From Schizochytrium sp. TIO01 (lineage: Eukaryota > Protista > Bigyra: Labyrinthulomycetes): a stretch of 64,000 nucleotides of DNA. The notes beneath the pieces are model-generated. The model was not told the origin of the DNA. It ran no database searches and was given only the letters and a program-made list of their open reading frames with translations. The stretch spans positions 1,798,001-1,862,000 of the forward strand of contig SMSO01000035.1 of the NCBI GenBank assembly GCA_004764695.1, in the 5' to 3' direction. Numbering within the stretch: the first letter of the stretch is position 1; every line of letters starts with the position of its first letter. The position numbers were made by a program, and so were the translations under genes. Shown here in pieces: positions 42,817-54,949 of this stretch.

Positions 42817-43870
42817 TGTGTCGCTGCTTGTCCCTACTCAACTAGTATTGCTCGAGTGCAAGGCTCACCCAAGCCTCTCAGCACGTCGTAGACCACCTAA
42901 ACGGCTGTGTAATGCAGCTTTACAGAAAGTGAATATGAAGAACTTGCCAGGGTAGACCCAAACTTGAATTTTACAAACCAAGCACAAGCCTTAAAGTATG
43001 TAACAGGCTGACTGGTCAACCAGAGCGCGCCTCCGGCGCGTCAGTCGTCAACTCTTGCCTTTGCTTTATAAAAAACAATGCACAATCGCCCGGAGTTTCA
43101 CACGCTCGTTTTCCTTCTTTGACATTGAATGCGAGTTAGTTTATCAGGAAGAGGTGCGTATCCGTTGAACCACGTTGACATTAGAAGGGTGTGTACTACA
43201 AAGTTTTCACCCTCTTATCGAAATAATAAGTATCTCGAACATTTGTTATGAGGAGCGTAATACATAGCCCTGGTAGGGAGTATAAACATAGAATAAACTA
43301 AGCTACGCCATTACATATTCTGTATTTTGGCAGAAATATTTGCGGTCTAATCTTTTAATATTTGGCCTGTGAACACTGCTGGGTACGTACATCAACAATA
43401 TTTGGGAAGACTCTTAATTCACTAAACATTGCTTTTCTAAAAGTCTGTATGACTCAGCTAAGTTAACTAGGCTTACTCAACTCGCTAGAAATTATTGCTT
43501 CTTCAAGAATTCCGTCATAAGAACCAAACTTGTTATCACCTACATTATCTTCTTCTCTTATTGTTCTTATTACAAACACCCAAAAAAACGGCCACACCGC
43601 ACTTCTTTCTATTTTTAAAGTAGCATAATTAGAGGGAACATGGGGAACTGAATTCTGCAGAGCCCAAAACTAGTGACTTTGCTACTGTGACAGCAACAAC
43701 AATTGTGGACTGGAGAGCAGAATCGAAGACCAACTCGGCACCTCCTTGCGTTGAGAATATAGTGTTGAACTGGGTCACGCCCACACGCTTGGATAGCCTG
43801 TTCGAAGTACTGGGAGCATAAGGAGAAACCAAAGGTTTTGGCGAGGTTAGAGAAATTGGTCAACTGAAGA

Positions 43871-44614
43871 ATGGAGCACGGCCTTGACGAGAAGGCGCTC
43901 CGGCGAGAGCTAGAAACCGCTGTAGAGGCCGATCAGAGACGGAAAGATGTAGACGAGATGAAAAAAAGATCAATCATGACCGCAAGAACCTACAGTGAGT
44001 TTCGCAACCTCGTGGCCTGTGCTCAGGACGGGCAGAAACCTGTTTCGCACAAGGAGATGGACTTCATCGGTAACCCAGGCAGGCCAGAGGGCTTCATGTA
44101 TAGCCACTTGCGCAAGTCAGATTGGAAGTCCAAATTCAAGTCATCTTCTGCAGCTCGAGGACTCCTAGAACGGCATAATGGAAAATCTGCCCCCGGTAAT
44201 TCTTCTTTGAACCGAGCAGAACCCACTAAGACACCGGGTTGCGAGCAAGACTTTGAGCGGTTCATGAGGCGTAAGGATATTATGGATAAACAAAGATGTG
44301 AAATATTACTAGATATGGACCTCGCTAAGGTATTTAGTGTAGGCGTGAACGACCTCGGAGGTTTGCTTAGTTGCTTTGCAAGCATACTGGAAGAGGGGGA
44401 GAGTGATAGTGGCAGTTCTGGCACGGCAGCATTGGACCGGGCCAAACTTTGTGAATTTCTTGTAAAATTAAGTCAGGTACCACGTTTCGATTTGGCTGTC
44501 GATTTTCTCGGTAAGAGAGAACGTGAGATAGTATCCAAGGTGGTGACCTTTGCTCAAATTGGCGCCAACCAAATTGACCTGGTTGCACTTTTCAAGCTTT
44601 CTCCTCCCTCTTAA
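43871..44614 (+). CDS. CCDC103: CCDC103/DNAAF19 dynein attachment factor with RPAP3_C-like domain
   Basis: N-terminal LRRELETAVEADQRR...KKRSI...TYSEFRNLVACA...KPV. C-terminal LVKLSQVPRFDLAVDFLGKRE. Confidence 0.88.
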   Translation: MEHGLDEKALRRELETAVEADQRRKDVDEMKKRSIMTARTYSEFRNLVACAQDGQKPVSHKEMDFIGNPGRPEGFMYSHLRKSDWKSKFKSSSAARGLLERHNGKSAPGNSSLNRAEPTKTPGCEQDFERFMRRKDIMDKQRCEILLDMDLAKVFSVGVNDLGGLLSCFASILEEGESDSGSSGTAALDRAKLCEFLVKLSQVPRFDLAVDFLGKREREIVSKVVTFAQIGANQIDLVALFKLSPPS

Positions 44615-44976
44615 GGGTCCAAAGACTTGCATTGCAAAGCGGATTCCTCAACTATATCCACTTCAAACATGTGTAGAGGTGTCTCCGTCTCTATGAGAAG
44701 CTCACAGCACGGGTCAAATAATGAAGCATGTAGAAGAGGTATTATCACCCTTCAATACTGATAGATAATTACATCATAAAGAATATAAAAGATGTACGCA
44801 TAGACTTGGCAAACAACAACACTGTCAGGAATAAACTTCATCCAAGATCCAAGCGCATGCTCTTGTGACACCTAATTTATGTCTCCGCACATAATAGGCT
44901 CGTACATATGATTCAGTCTGCTATGCACACAGGGTATTTCCAAGTTTGGAAGACGTAGTTTACTCGCTTGGAACAG

Positions 44977-45300
44977 TTATATTGCTGTGAGGTCTCCATT
45001 GTGTACAGTTGCACTATTTTTAGCAGATCGATCCTCTACCATTTCATTCATAGCACTTCGCTGCTGTTGTTGCTGTTGGCGTTGTTTCTTGCGACGGTGA
45101 GCCACGAAAGCAAGCCCAATCATGATGATGACAATTACGATGAAGGCCGAAAGCCTCAACTTAGCAGCTGTTTCAGGATCATTAAGCTCAACCATTGTTG
45201 GAGATGCCGTCGGTAGTGGCGTAGGAGCCACACTAGGGCTGCTCGACGGTGCCAGCGTGGTTGTTGTTGTTGTTGTTGGTGCTGTCGTGGTGGAATCCAT
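44977..45300 (-). CDS. Small single-pass membrane protein with Thr/Ser/Pro-rich (mucin-like) N-terminus
   Basis: 107 aa: TTTAPTTTTTTTLAPSSSPSVAPTP, TM LSAFIVIVIIMIGLAFVA, basic stop-transfer HRRKK, poly-Q tail. No cleavable signal (type III topology). Confidence 0.75.
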   Translation of the reverse strand: MDSTTTAPTTTTTTTLAPSSSPSVAPTPLPTASPTMVELNDPETAAKLRLSAFIVIVIIMIGLAFVAHRRKKQRQQQQQQRSAMNEMVEDRSAKNSATVHNGDLTAI

Positions 45301-45355
45301 GATCTTTACAAAAAGAGAAGATGTAGTGTCCGAGCTAGCGACAAGGGCCTCAAGA

Positions 45356-45461
45356 GATAAAGCTTACGCTTCAGAGAGTGCCACCTCGGCAACCCTGCTT
45401 TACTATACGATAAAGCTTGCGCTTCAGAGAGTGCCACCTCGGCAACCCTGCTTTACTATAC
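45356..45461. repeat. 53-bp tandem duplication (one mismatch) upstream of the small membrane gene
   Basis: gataaagctt(a/g)cgcttcagagagtgccacctcggcaaccctgctttactatac at 45356 and 45409. Confidence 0.97.
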
Positions 45462-45669
45462 GTGGTATTGGCCAGATCTAAGGTAAGGAGCAAGCGAGGG
45501 AAGTGCACTCAGAATCAAGTTTAAGAAGGTACGGATTGGTGTAGAAGTAGTATGTATTAGACGAGGAGCGCAGCCGATGAGGTCTGCTAAGTTTCCGACG
45601 ATCCTCGCACGCCAACCTGGGATCTGCAAGCCCAGAGCCCTTGTTTGCTAGAGAACTGTGACGTAAATA

Positions 45670-46700
45670 CCTACGACCAGGCGTGATGATGTTCTATATG
45701 AGTATTAAGTAATTTCTTCAGAGACACAATATTTTTTTTATAACAAACCCGTGACAAACTTTCGGCGAAAAGGGAATACAATAAATAGTAAAAGAAACAC
45801 AAAGAGGAAAATACTGTCATCATTCCAGGTTTTTCCACATCTTTCTTTTCTTCTAAGTCCCCCAAAAGTTGATTCCCGACAGGCTTCAAAGAATGCTTCT
45901 CTTCTTCTCTTTTGATGAACCCAAGAGTTGCCGCGTGCAGCTTTTATTATAATATAGGGAGACCATTTTGGTGAAGGGCAATAATAAGGTGTAGTATTCG
46001 GTAGTCGGTAGATACGATGCTCCTAAGTAGCAAAGAAGGAAATGCGAGTCGCCTGTGAGAGCAAAGGAGGTATAACATACAGAAGGTGAAAGTAGAAAAT
46101 ACAGGCATAGTGTGCGTACTTGCGTTTCGTGTGGTGAGAGGATGGCTGCACGAGCTTCATTTTTGCTACTATTCAATGATGGACAGATGCAGAAAAGTGT
46201 AGCTAGTAGAATACCCTAAGAGACTCTATGAATCCGTTACGATTGTCCGCGTCAAGGCGAATGGACTTGCTTTTTTTCTCCGCTATTCTGCTTAGGTCTC
46301 AGAAGAAATCGACAGAGATGGAGAAAATAAATTGTATTTGGGGGAAATTATAGCAATCCTTCTTCTGACCAGGACTTCCACGCAATGGATAGTAAACATG
46401 TCCTTTTACAGGAAAATAAAGTCAAGAATGCAGCAGGTTGGCTTTCCTTTCTTGAATTCTCTAGGCATATGTTATGAGGGAAAGGAAGGTGCTCGCACGT
46501 CACGTTAATACGAATTGGCTGGTAGTTTATTAGTTCACAACTTAAAATATTACGTACGGATAAGAACGGATCATCGTTGTTTATCCAAAGAAAAAGCAAC
46601 ATGACATTGCTGAACGGCTCAGAGCTCATTAGAGTATGTATATATACCATGCCAAAGCGATGCATTAGTCCATTTACAGAGTGAAGAATCAAACTAAACG
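45670..46700 (-). pseudogene. Possible decayed coding relic with hydrophobic segments
   Basis: Chain of short same-strand ORFs (46704-46348, 46176-45886, 45889-45671) lacking good starts. No family recognised. Confidence 0.2.
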
Positions 46701-47261
46701 CCACTTAGAGCATTAGAGAATGAATTTTAAATATGCAACTTATTATATAGACATTGACACCAATATACAATGGAGTGTTCATGTAGTTCAATATATGTCT
46801 ATGTAGTGGTACTATCAATCTTTACGGGTACACTATATCTTTTGAGTGGCACGTGCTTGGTCTCAAGAAGCGAACAAACAGATTTGAAACAGAATAACTT
46901 CCACTTGGTGTGGCGCGGCAGAAGGGCATGCCAGCAAAGATAGTCGCCTAAGGCTTGGAGCCAAAAGTGACACATTCTTTGCATGATGCGAAAGGTTGAG
47001 CGATGTTTACAAAGCAGTGGTCGTGAGCAAAGGATTTGTGCTGATGATACCAAGTCTGGCTCCGCGCACACAAAGATTATATCACGAAAAGGTGTCTCAC
47101 TGACTAGATATTGTGCTCAGCATGACAAAGATGGGGCGAGGCAGGATAAATCTCGACGTCGAAAAAGGCGCACCTCGGCGTGGCAACAACACCAAGACCA
47201 AATATGCAAGCCACCAAATGATCCCGAACTCCATGTAGACCGCTTGTTTCCTCCGTCTATC

Positions 47262-47801
47262 ATGGATAGGCCAGTGACTGCTGCTAAATTTGCACAGGTA
47301 ATGGAAGGCTTAGCAAAGGCTGGTCTCGCATCTCGAAAGCAGTCAACAAGTACTTTAAAGCTGAAACGTGACCTCTCAATTGCTGATGATATATGGAGGC
47401 AAAGGCCATTTTCCAAGGATTTAGCCTCTCAACAACGCGATGAACAATTGTCTGAAAAACAGCAGGGCCGAAATGATCAGCCTCAAAGGAGATCTTTACA
47501 AAACCCAGAGCATCACAGGAGGGCATTGTCAATGGCAGCAGCAAAACAACCAACAGGGTATGGATATGCTCTAAAATCCCAGTGCCACAATTTTAGAATG
47601 CTTTGCCATGACGTTGAGTCCAACGACGACCAGGCTCAATTCGCACAAGCTTTTAAGGACCTCTTTCAACAGGAAACGAGATCAGAAGCACGGATAGAAA
47701 CTTTGGAAACAAAAAGAGCCAAACTCCTCGCATTAATTCGCGAAGTGGAGTCCGCTGAAGAGGTTCCAAGTCATGTAAAGACGTACTTACAGACATTATG
47801 A
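47262..47801 (+). CDS. Hypothetical protein with C-terminal coiled coil
   Basis: Frame open from 46983. Sequence looks most protein-like from MDRPVTAAKF (47262) to EARIETLETKRAKLLALIREVE. True start uncertain. Confidence 0.6.
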   Translation: MDRPVTAAKFAQVMEGLAKAGLASRKQSTSTLKLKRDLSIADDIWRQRPFSKDLASQQRDEQLSEKQQGRNDQPQRRSLQNPEHHRRALSMAAAKQPTGYGYALKSQCHNFRMLCHDVESNDDQAQFAQAFKDLFQQETRSEARIETLETKRAKLLALIREVESAEEVPSHVKTYLQTL

Positions 47802-48009
47802 TTGTCAAATGATCCGCACATAGAATGCGTTAGAATGTCACTTTCGGTACGTGCGTCTGCTATTGATTGTCATGCTATTAGTATAATGTATATTTCTTTT
47901 CTTTTTCTTTTCCTTACTTTATCTAACTTGGTATTGATCTCCCAGGGTCAATGAGAGACAAAAGACTGACACACTAGTCATCGCTAGTGAAGTTATTCAC
48001 GAATCAAGA

Positions 48010-49644
48010 CTACACTCGCTTAATTCGTACATAGAATGCTCCTTGGTAACCCTTGTTATCTTTACCAATCATGTAAGTGTAGCCATGATTATCAAGATAT
48101 TCACGAACTAAATCAAACAACTTATACAATCGTTGAGTAGTGTGATGACCTGAGCCAGTTATGACCCAGATATAGCCCGACTGCGGATCATCCTTGTCTT
48201 TATCATACAGTGGTGATGCTAAGAGCATGTGGTCAAGCACAACTTCAAATGTGTAAGCAGACTGAAAGTGAAGATCAATGACTCCCTGATGTTTGTGAAC
48301 ACTGTTTGCTTCCACAAAGCGCTGAAGAGGATCTGGAATATCAAAAGCACCTGAATTCCTGAATGCGGCATCTACCCAAAGTTCCTGAGGGATACGAATC
48401 GTCCGCACAGCTGCCAAACGTTTTACACCATTGTCGGTTTGTTGTTGTTGTTGTTGCTGCTGCTGCTGAGTTTGGGAAGCTGAAGATGCGTTGAGCTTGA
48501 GCCTTTGAGCCATTGTCATTGCAACTTCGTTCACAGAAGCATTTCCTGAAGAAGGTAATAAGTTTGAAGCTTCCGCTGGCGTTGGCATATCGCCTGCCAC
48601 CCAAGGACTTGGGGTCGCAGTAAGTCTTTCTTGACTATTTTGCATGGAACTCCAAGACAAGGTTGTGTTGCTGTCTCTACTTGGACCAGGGGGGTACATA
48701 CTGCTTGCAGAGTCGCTCCATGGTGTTTGATTGCCTGGTTGTCCTTCCATGTCTTGATATGGAGTACCATTTGTCTCCTCATAGCCCTCATCGTTGTAGT
48801 TAGCCACGTAGCTAGCATTGTAGTTTGCTTCATAGCTCGATTCATAGCTTGTATCATAGCCCTGCTGAGACCACCATCCATAGGTTTGTCCGGTGGTTTC
48901 GTCTTGGTCTTGCTGCTGTGAGACTTGTGATGTCGATAATGAAGGGAAGCTCGCTCCAACGTTATTGGTAACACCAGACGATGCTCCAGAAACCTGATTT
49001 TGAGCATATCCAAGTGGAGGATATTGTTGTTGCTGGTCCTCTTGTGAGTGACCCTGTTGCTGGGCTTGCAAGGCCTTCATTTGCTGTTGATGGGCCAACA
49101 GCGCAGCTTCATATGCCTGTTTTTGTCGCTCTTGATTTGCAATTCGCGCTGCGAGGTCATCGTCTGCGACACCATGGCTTGATATAGATAGCTTCGCATC
49201 GCCAGGATGTTTGTATAGACAGCCTTGTGTGCGGCAATGCTCTCCAAATCGGCATGGCTTGGTTGCGAACTTGGCAAGCAAACGTTGCTTTTCATCTGCC
49301 GAGACGTGTTTGTTCCGACATTTGCTACCAAATAGGCAGTTGTCAGTGAGGAAAGGCATACAAACCACATCTTCGTTGACTACATGTTTCGTCGGGTGTC
49401 TATATGCGCATCCCTTGCGTGTACAAGCTGCACCATAGGTGCACATCGGCATTCGCTATGAATATTTTCCATACGTGTTTCAAAATTTGTCAATGAGTAA
49501 ATCCAACAATGACGTATAATATGTGTACTTAGGTGTCAGCTAGACTCGTTCCGATACATCACTCGTGCATGTTTGGTATATCGATCCATAGGCCATCTCA
49601 GTGCCAGTCGAACGAGGACTTACCTGGTCTCGTTTTGGGCCCAT
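48010..49644 (-). CDS. CCCH zinc-finger + Smr-domain protein (putative RNA endonuclease), two exons: 49644-49624 and 49455-48010
   Basis: Three CCCH fingers (CTYGAACTRKGCAYRH, CMPFLTDNCLFGSKCRNKH, CRFGEHCRTQGCLYKH). Q/S/Y-rich linker. Smr motifs VIDLH, WVITGSGHH, GAFYV. Spliced start reads MGPKRDQ|RMPMC. Confidence 0.9.
49456..49623 (-). other. 168-nt spliceosomal intron after a 21-nt first coding exon
   Basis: CAG|GTAAGT consensus donor at 49623, CATAG acceptor ending 49456. The upstream ATG (49644) stays in frame. Confidence 0.75.
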
Positions 49645-49989
49645 GCCTGTTGAGGTCAAGATTTGAGCGCAAAATCCCCGTCCTCGCCACTTTCTGAACA
49701 GTCAAACTAAGTCAGGTGGACTGGAAGACGCCCAAAGCGTAATGTGGCTTTTATTCCAGAAGGGCTTTCGCACTGCACCTTCGTGGGAGCTCGCAGAGGG
49801 ATTGCTCTGGCAGTTCGCAACTCAACTCTCTTTCTTCATGCCCTATCCTGCTCGTCCTAACCAAGTCGCATTTATTCAGTCCTACCGTATAGTCTAGGTA
49901 ACGAGTAGATAGACGATGTACATTTTCACTTAGGCTTTTCACTTCTGTTTGCTCTCAAAATTAAAAGTTAAAACATTGGAAAGAAATGC

Positions 49990-52900
49990 TTCTAGCTAAA
50001 AGGTGAGAAGATACTGATGGCTACAGAGCTCCATAGAATTCATGCATCCCTATTTAGCAAACGTGAGATATTGTCCTAATTAGCAGTATGTCAGGCTCTA
50101 GATAAAAATATCCATGTATATCACACATGAAAGATGTTAGCTTTAAGACTCTCGTTGGAAACGAATAACGAATCAAAGCGAAAAAGCTTGAACTTTTGTA
50201 AATTTAAAGGATAGGATAGATTATAATTATGCTTGCGTTTGTCTAAATCCAGCCAAAAGCCATTCACAAATAGTATGACAAGTATTTTATTGAGGTGATT
50301 TAGAAGAAAAAATGACATCTCGCTTACTTTACAAGAGCGTTTGGGTAAAAGAAAGTGCTATGCAAAAAAACTCATTTGAGGTTGCCTAATAACAGTTTGA
50401 ATCTGATTTCATTAACGTTTGTGAAAGCGAGGTACATTGGTTCTAGCCATAAGGCAAGAAAAACTTGAGGGTGTAACCATTGAGACATTAAAAATCTGGC
50501 AGACACGATGACGAACGACTGTGCAGATAAGGAATGTATCACGCTTACGCACTAGCGAGTTTTACACATGGTTGACGAAGTCTTACGATCATGTAGACTA
50601 AAGAACATGTGAAAGTCGGACTATCAATCATTCTTTTGGAGCGCTTTAGTCTCAAGTCAAATTATGTCATGACGGTTTCCTGAAGGAAAAGAAACGATTA
50701 ATTCTAGCAAAGCTGTTTCTGGATTGTAGGGCTTCGTGCAGAAAGAGAAATGATTATATATTAGTAAAGTCTTGATATGAGACTAAGTCTTACGCGACGG
50801 AATTGTACTGATTACAAAAATCACCTGTTCAAGAAATGCTGAAAACTAACTTCTTATCAGCCAGAAGTTGATAAAACCAAGGAGCTTGGAATGCGAATGC
50901 ATAATAAGACTTAAGAAGGCATTGCCTTTTTAAACTCACAGGGTCAGTGATCTGCCGACCTTACAGAGGAACATGGGGTGCTGAGATCTCCAATCGAAGG
51001 AACTAGTGGACAAGACATTGCTAGAGTTCTTGGTGTCCCTTTGTAAAACCCATTAGAAATAAGGTTTACATTAGAGCAAGAATAGGCAGCCAGACTTATG
51101 TGGCTGCTGAAGCCAAGAACTAGAAGTGTGAATACACATCACCGACACCCAAGCTTGGTTTAGCTTGGATCGATGGTTGGAGAAGGTTGGATAAACTAAC
51201 CCCATCAATTATCTCTAACCACATTCAAGAATGTCTTGATCTCCCTAATTACTACATCAATCTATCTGCCCTGGAATTCATTCCTCAGGACAGCAGTTCG
51301 CTAACACTTAAATTAACCTTCTTATAACCTTCATCAAGGTTCTCGCCTTCATCTTTACAGTCAACCTCACGCTAATCATTATCACCTTTCAGCATGGGGT
51401 GAAAGCTGCTTATTCATATTCTAACCAGGTGAGTGAGCCAGATTTTATTTGTATGACACTGAGTCCTAAGGGTTAGGTTCGCGCCTCTCCTCAGCTATGC
51501 ATTCAGGTTTGCTCTCGCATATCCGCTTACTTGGGTTGCGTACTTTCACTCCTGAAATCTCTTGGTGTCACAGCTTGGAATTTTAATAGTCAATGCACAA
51601 CTTTGATAGTTCAGGGCTTATAAGAATACGCCAAAGACTCTATTCATATCTTGTCTACTCGATACTTCGATTGGTATTCTCTAAAAGCAGAACTTATTAA
51701 AAGCTTGACGAAATCTTCCACAGCTTTCTGAATATAACATCCTTCTTCCTGAGGAAGGCAGTATAGGAACGTAATTTGAATTTAAAGGGTCTCAAGTGAT
51801 AGCGTTCGTACTAACTACTTCAAAGGGTACTTGACAACGAAACATCAAGACATTACTTTCGAAAGGTTTCGAACAATTTAGCATACAGCTCAAGGTTATA
51901 GGATCACTAGGCGACTGTGATGGAGTTCTTATAGAATAGTGGTCTTATTTTTGTGTGTGGCTGCCAAAAAAATTCAATCCACAAATTTGCAGATTCGCTT
52001 ACAACAAGTTTTTGTAATCCTGCAGATTAATCTAGTTAATAACAATAAAATCACTAGTTCGATATCGATAAACCGTCGAAGGTCGACAACGCATGATGTG
52101 GTTTATCACGATGAGATGGATTGTCTAAGAGTTAAACTTAGTTCTCAAGTCAGCATTAAATACAAAATTTGGACTTTTGGATTGCAGTATACCACGTTAT
52201 CATGAATAGGGTTGGAATCTCTTCTCGTTTGATGCAACTGCCTAAGAGCTAGATAATTAGGTTTTCAAGATAACTCAGCAGTTCTTTGCTTTGAAAAGGT
52301 TTGAAGATTCTCATTTCAAGCATTGTCTTTTCAGAGGCTTCATAGAACACGACTGGGACTACAAATAATGTGAATAAATTCAATTAAATCTCTCAAGTGG
52401 AGTACCATCAGGATGGCGTAAACTTTCGAATGGTATTATTGTTATAACTACGAGAGTTTTATAGAAATTTGTATCTGGATGTTATTATACATTCTTTTGG
52501 AATTCGTCTAGATTCTCATATAATCAAGATGTCTAATTGTCTATAGCCATAATGATGATGCCCCCCGTTTCCAGACAAGTATCCTTTTCTTTTTAAAAAA
52601 AGCCAACAATTGTTGATACCTTTTCAACTATGTCACTATTCTGGAACTTTCTTGGTATGAATGGAATGCACTGGGTCCTCACCATCACGCCAGGACTCAC
52701 TAAAGAAACATCTATCGCGCTTGAAAATGGTATCTCTTCACATCTGTTATCTTCAACAACATTCATGGACAGTCGAGCGCGTCATACTAATAAAATACAA
52801 GTGATTTATGCGCAACCTACCTTCAATGCATATGCGGGCCGCAGGAAGAAACGTATATGACAAAACTCAAGAACGTCGATGTTGTCAGAACCTGTCATTA
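49990..52900 (+). pseudogene. ~3 kb decayed coding relic (dead gene, transposon or viral ORF), family unknown
   Basis: Microsatellite-free, AT-biased block with successive plus-strand protein-like fragments, e.g. from 50312 MTSRLLYKSVWVKESAMQKNSFEVA**QFESDFINVCESEVHWF*P*GKK, and later LAWIDGWRRLDKLTPSIISNHIQECLDLPNYYINL. Confidence 0.4.
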
Positions 52901-53055
52901 CGAAACATTCCACTACCTACCATCTGCAAGATTGAATGGGCCTCATTCAACAACATTATCGACCCTTCCTCATGAAAACAAAAGGGGAAGAAGGAATGGG
53001 AAAAATATGTTATTTTATACCAAAAAAGAAGAAAAAATGTAAGCAAGAAATACAG

Positions 53056-53109
53056 CAAACTAAAACAAACTAAAACAAACTAAAAACAAACTAAAGACAA
53101 ACGAAAACG
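53056..53109 (+). repeat. 10-bp minisatellite (CAAACTAAAA)~5
   Basis: Read directly from sequence. Confidence 0.9.
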
Positions 53110-54949
53110 CAACTTCAATTTCAGGAAACTGAAAGGGCAAAATCAAATGTAGCGCCCTCTGACTTATCCCACGACTTGTAATCGAGACGTCGATCTATCA
53201 TAGGTATAGTTTACTTTAAAATAAATAAATGGTATTAATTGAGTTTTATAAAATAAAATATGGAATGAATTGAACACCTTTTCCTAAGTGTACAAGGAAA
53301 GGAAATGCCGTTGCAGGAAAGGAAAAAAAAAACAACAGAAAAATGGAAATTATGGCAGCATAGTAATTAATGTCCGTTTCTTTTTCTGCAGTTGCTGCAC
53401 GTGCTGCACACGAGCTCTTGTCCAGTCAGTCTGGGACCTCGCTGCGCTCCCGAAGCGCCACGCAGCCATTCGAGCTGAGAAGATTGCCGGAGTGCCACTG
53501 TGCTCATTGGCCCTCCCCCGTGCTGTTGGAACGTCAGTTCGTGAAACGTGTGGCTCTCAAACACAGGTAAGGCATCCAGGCATCCGGGCAGATAGATGCC
53601 TGCGTGCGCCAACCTCGTGCAAGTTGAACCGACCCTAAAGCGGAGCCTGGGCAATGCCGTGAAAGAGCTCAATAACAGGTGAGCCCGCTTCTTCGTTAGC
53701 TCGGCCTCAACAAGTAGGTCATTCCTTCACGCCGAGTATGTAGTAGGTACCTCGTTTTTCGTAATGATCTTTACGGCGGTCGTAGTCATGATGATCTAGC
53801 TAGAGAAGCTAACTTGCTTACAAATTGCACTTCAATGCGGCTCATCGTCTTCGTACAACTTCTGTTTCAGAGCTCGAGGGCCGCCACCATGGTGGCGTGG
53901 AGAATGTAGACTGTAGCTGCGACGATGTCAATACTAGTAGTAGTCTGTCCTCGGTGGGAGCCGCGAAATGCCGCCGGGGTGGGTGCCTGCGTGAGTGCAA
54001 ACTTTCGAAAGAGTGCGCTTTTTGCAAAGTACGAAGATGGAGCAAAACGAAAGCATCAAAGCAGAAGCTGAGACCAACTTCCTTCCCTCTGCCCGAGATT
54101 TACAACAGGCCATTACTTACTGCCCACCATGCGCTTGAAGCTCTCTCGCATCTCATTCACTCACTCATTCACTCGCCTAACATCTCGTGCTCCGCGTAGA
54201 TCGGCAGTTGATGGCGAATGAAGACACCCTGACGCAAATGAAAGGTTCGGGACTTTCAAGTGTGAACCACTAACTTCACTCCTGCAATTCGGAATTTTCG
54301 CTTCAGACCATGATAATAGTAGAACACGTAATTCAAGATGAAGCGTGCGCGAACGCAACTATAAACTCCTCTGACAAGTCGATATGAACACTGCAACCCT
54401 GTCGCTGATGATGTCACCATTCAGTCAAGCTTGATTTGCTCAAAGAAAGCGACGGCTGACTTCTTGCTTAGGCAAGCTACCTAGACATCGCACGAAGCAA
54501 TACAAGGCTCGATCTCATGCAGAGCCCAATTTAACGAGGCACAAACCACGGCGTCGAATGCCTTTGCTTTCTAGCTAGAGAAATAAATGGAAGGCGAAGC
54601 TAAACACCAAAGCTAGCAGCTTTCCCCGCCAGGCTCTCGCTAAGGCTGAGGCTCCCGAACGAACCAGTCATGCCGATAAGCCCCAGGCTGCTGCTTCCTT
54701 ATTCAAGTATGCAGCAGAACCTGACTGAGCAATTTATTGCAAGTAGGTAGGGAGCTACTGCTGCTGTTGCTACTACTACTACTATCTGAAGCGGCGGTTC
54801 TCTTCGAAAGGTTACGTATGTTCTCTTCACTTTCTTCCATTGCGACGACTTGTCTAGCGCTGACTTTGCCTCTTTCTTCTTCTTTTCTTTTTCTACCGTC
54901 GTAAGCATCAATAATGAATGAGCGTGAGGCTTGAGAAAGCTTCCCTTCT

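Noticed and set aside
45356-45461. 53-bp repeat as CRISPR or solo-LTR pair
   Set aside because: Directly adjacent copies with no spacer, no TG...CA ends and no TSD.
35667-52900. Alternative genetic code (TAA/TAG = Gln) or programmed readthrough to explain the broken frames
   Set aside because: Intact genes here terminate at TAA or TAG (MMAA TAA, C69 TAG) and have no internal stops; the relics also contain TGA stops and frameshifts.
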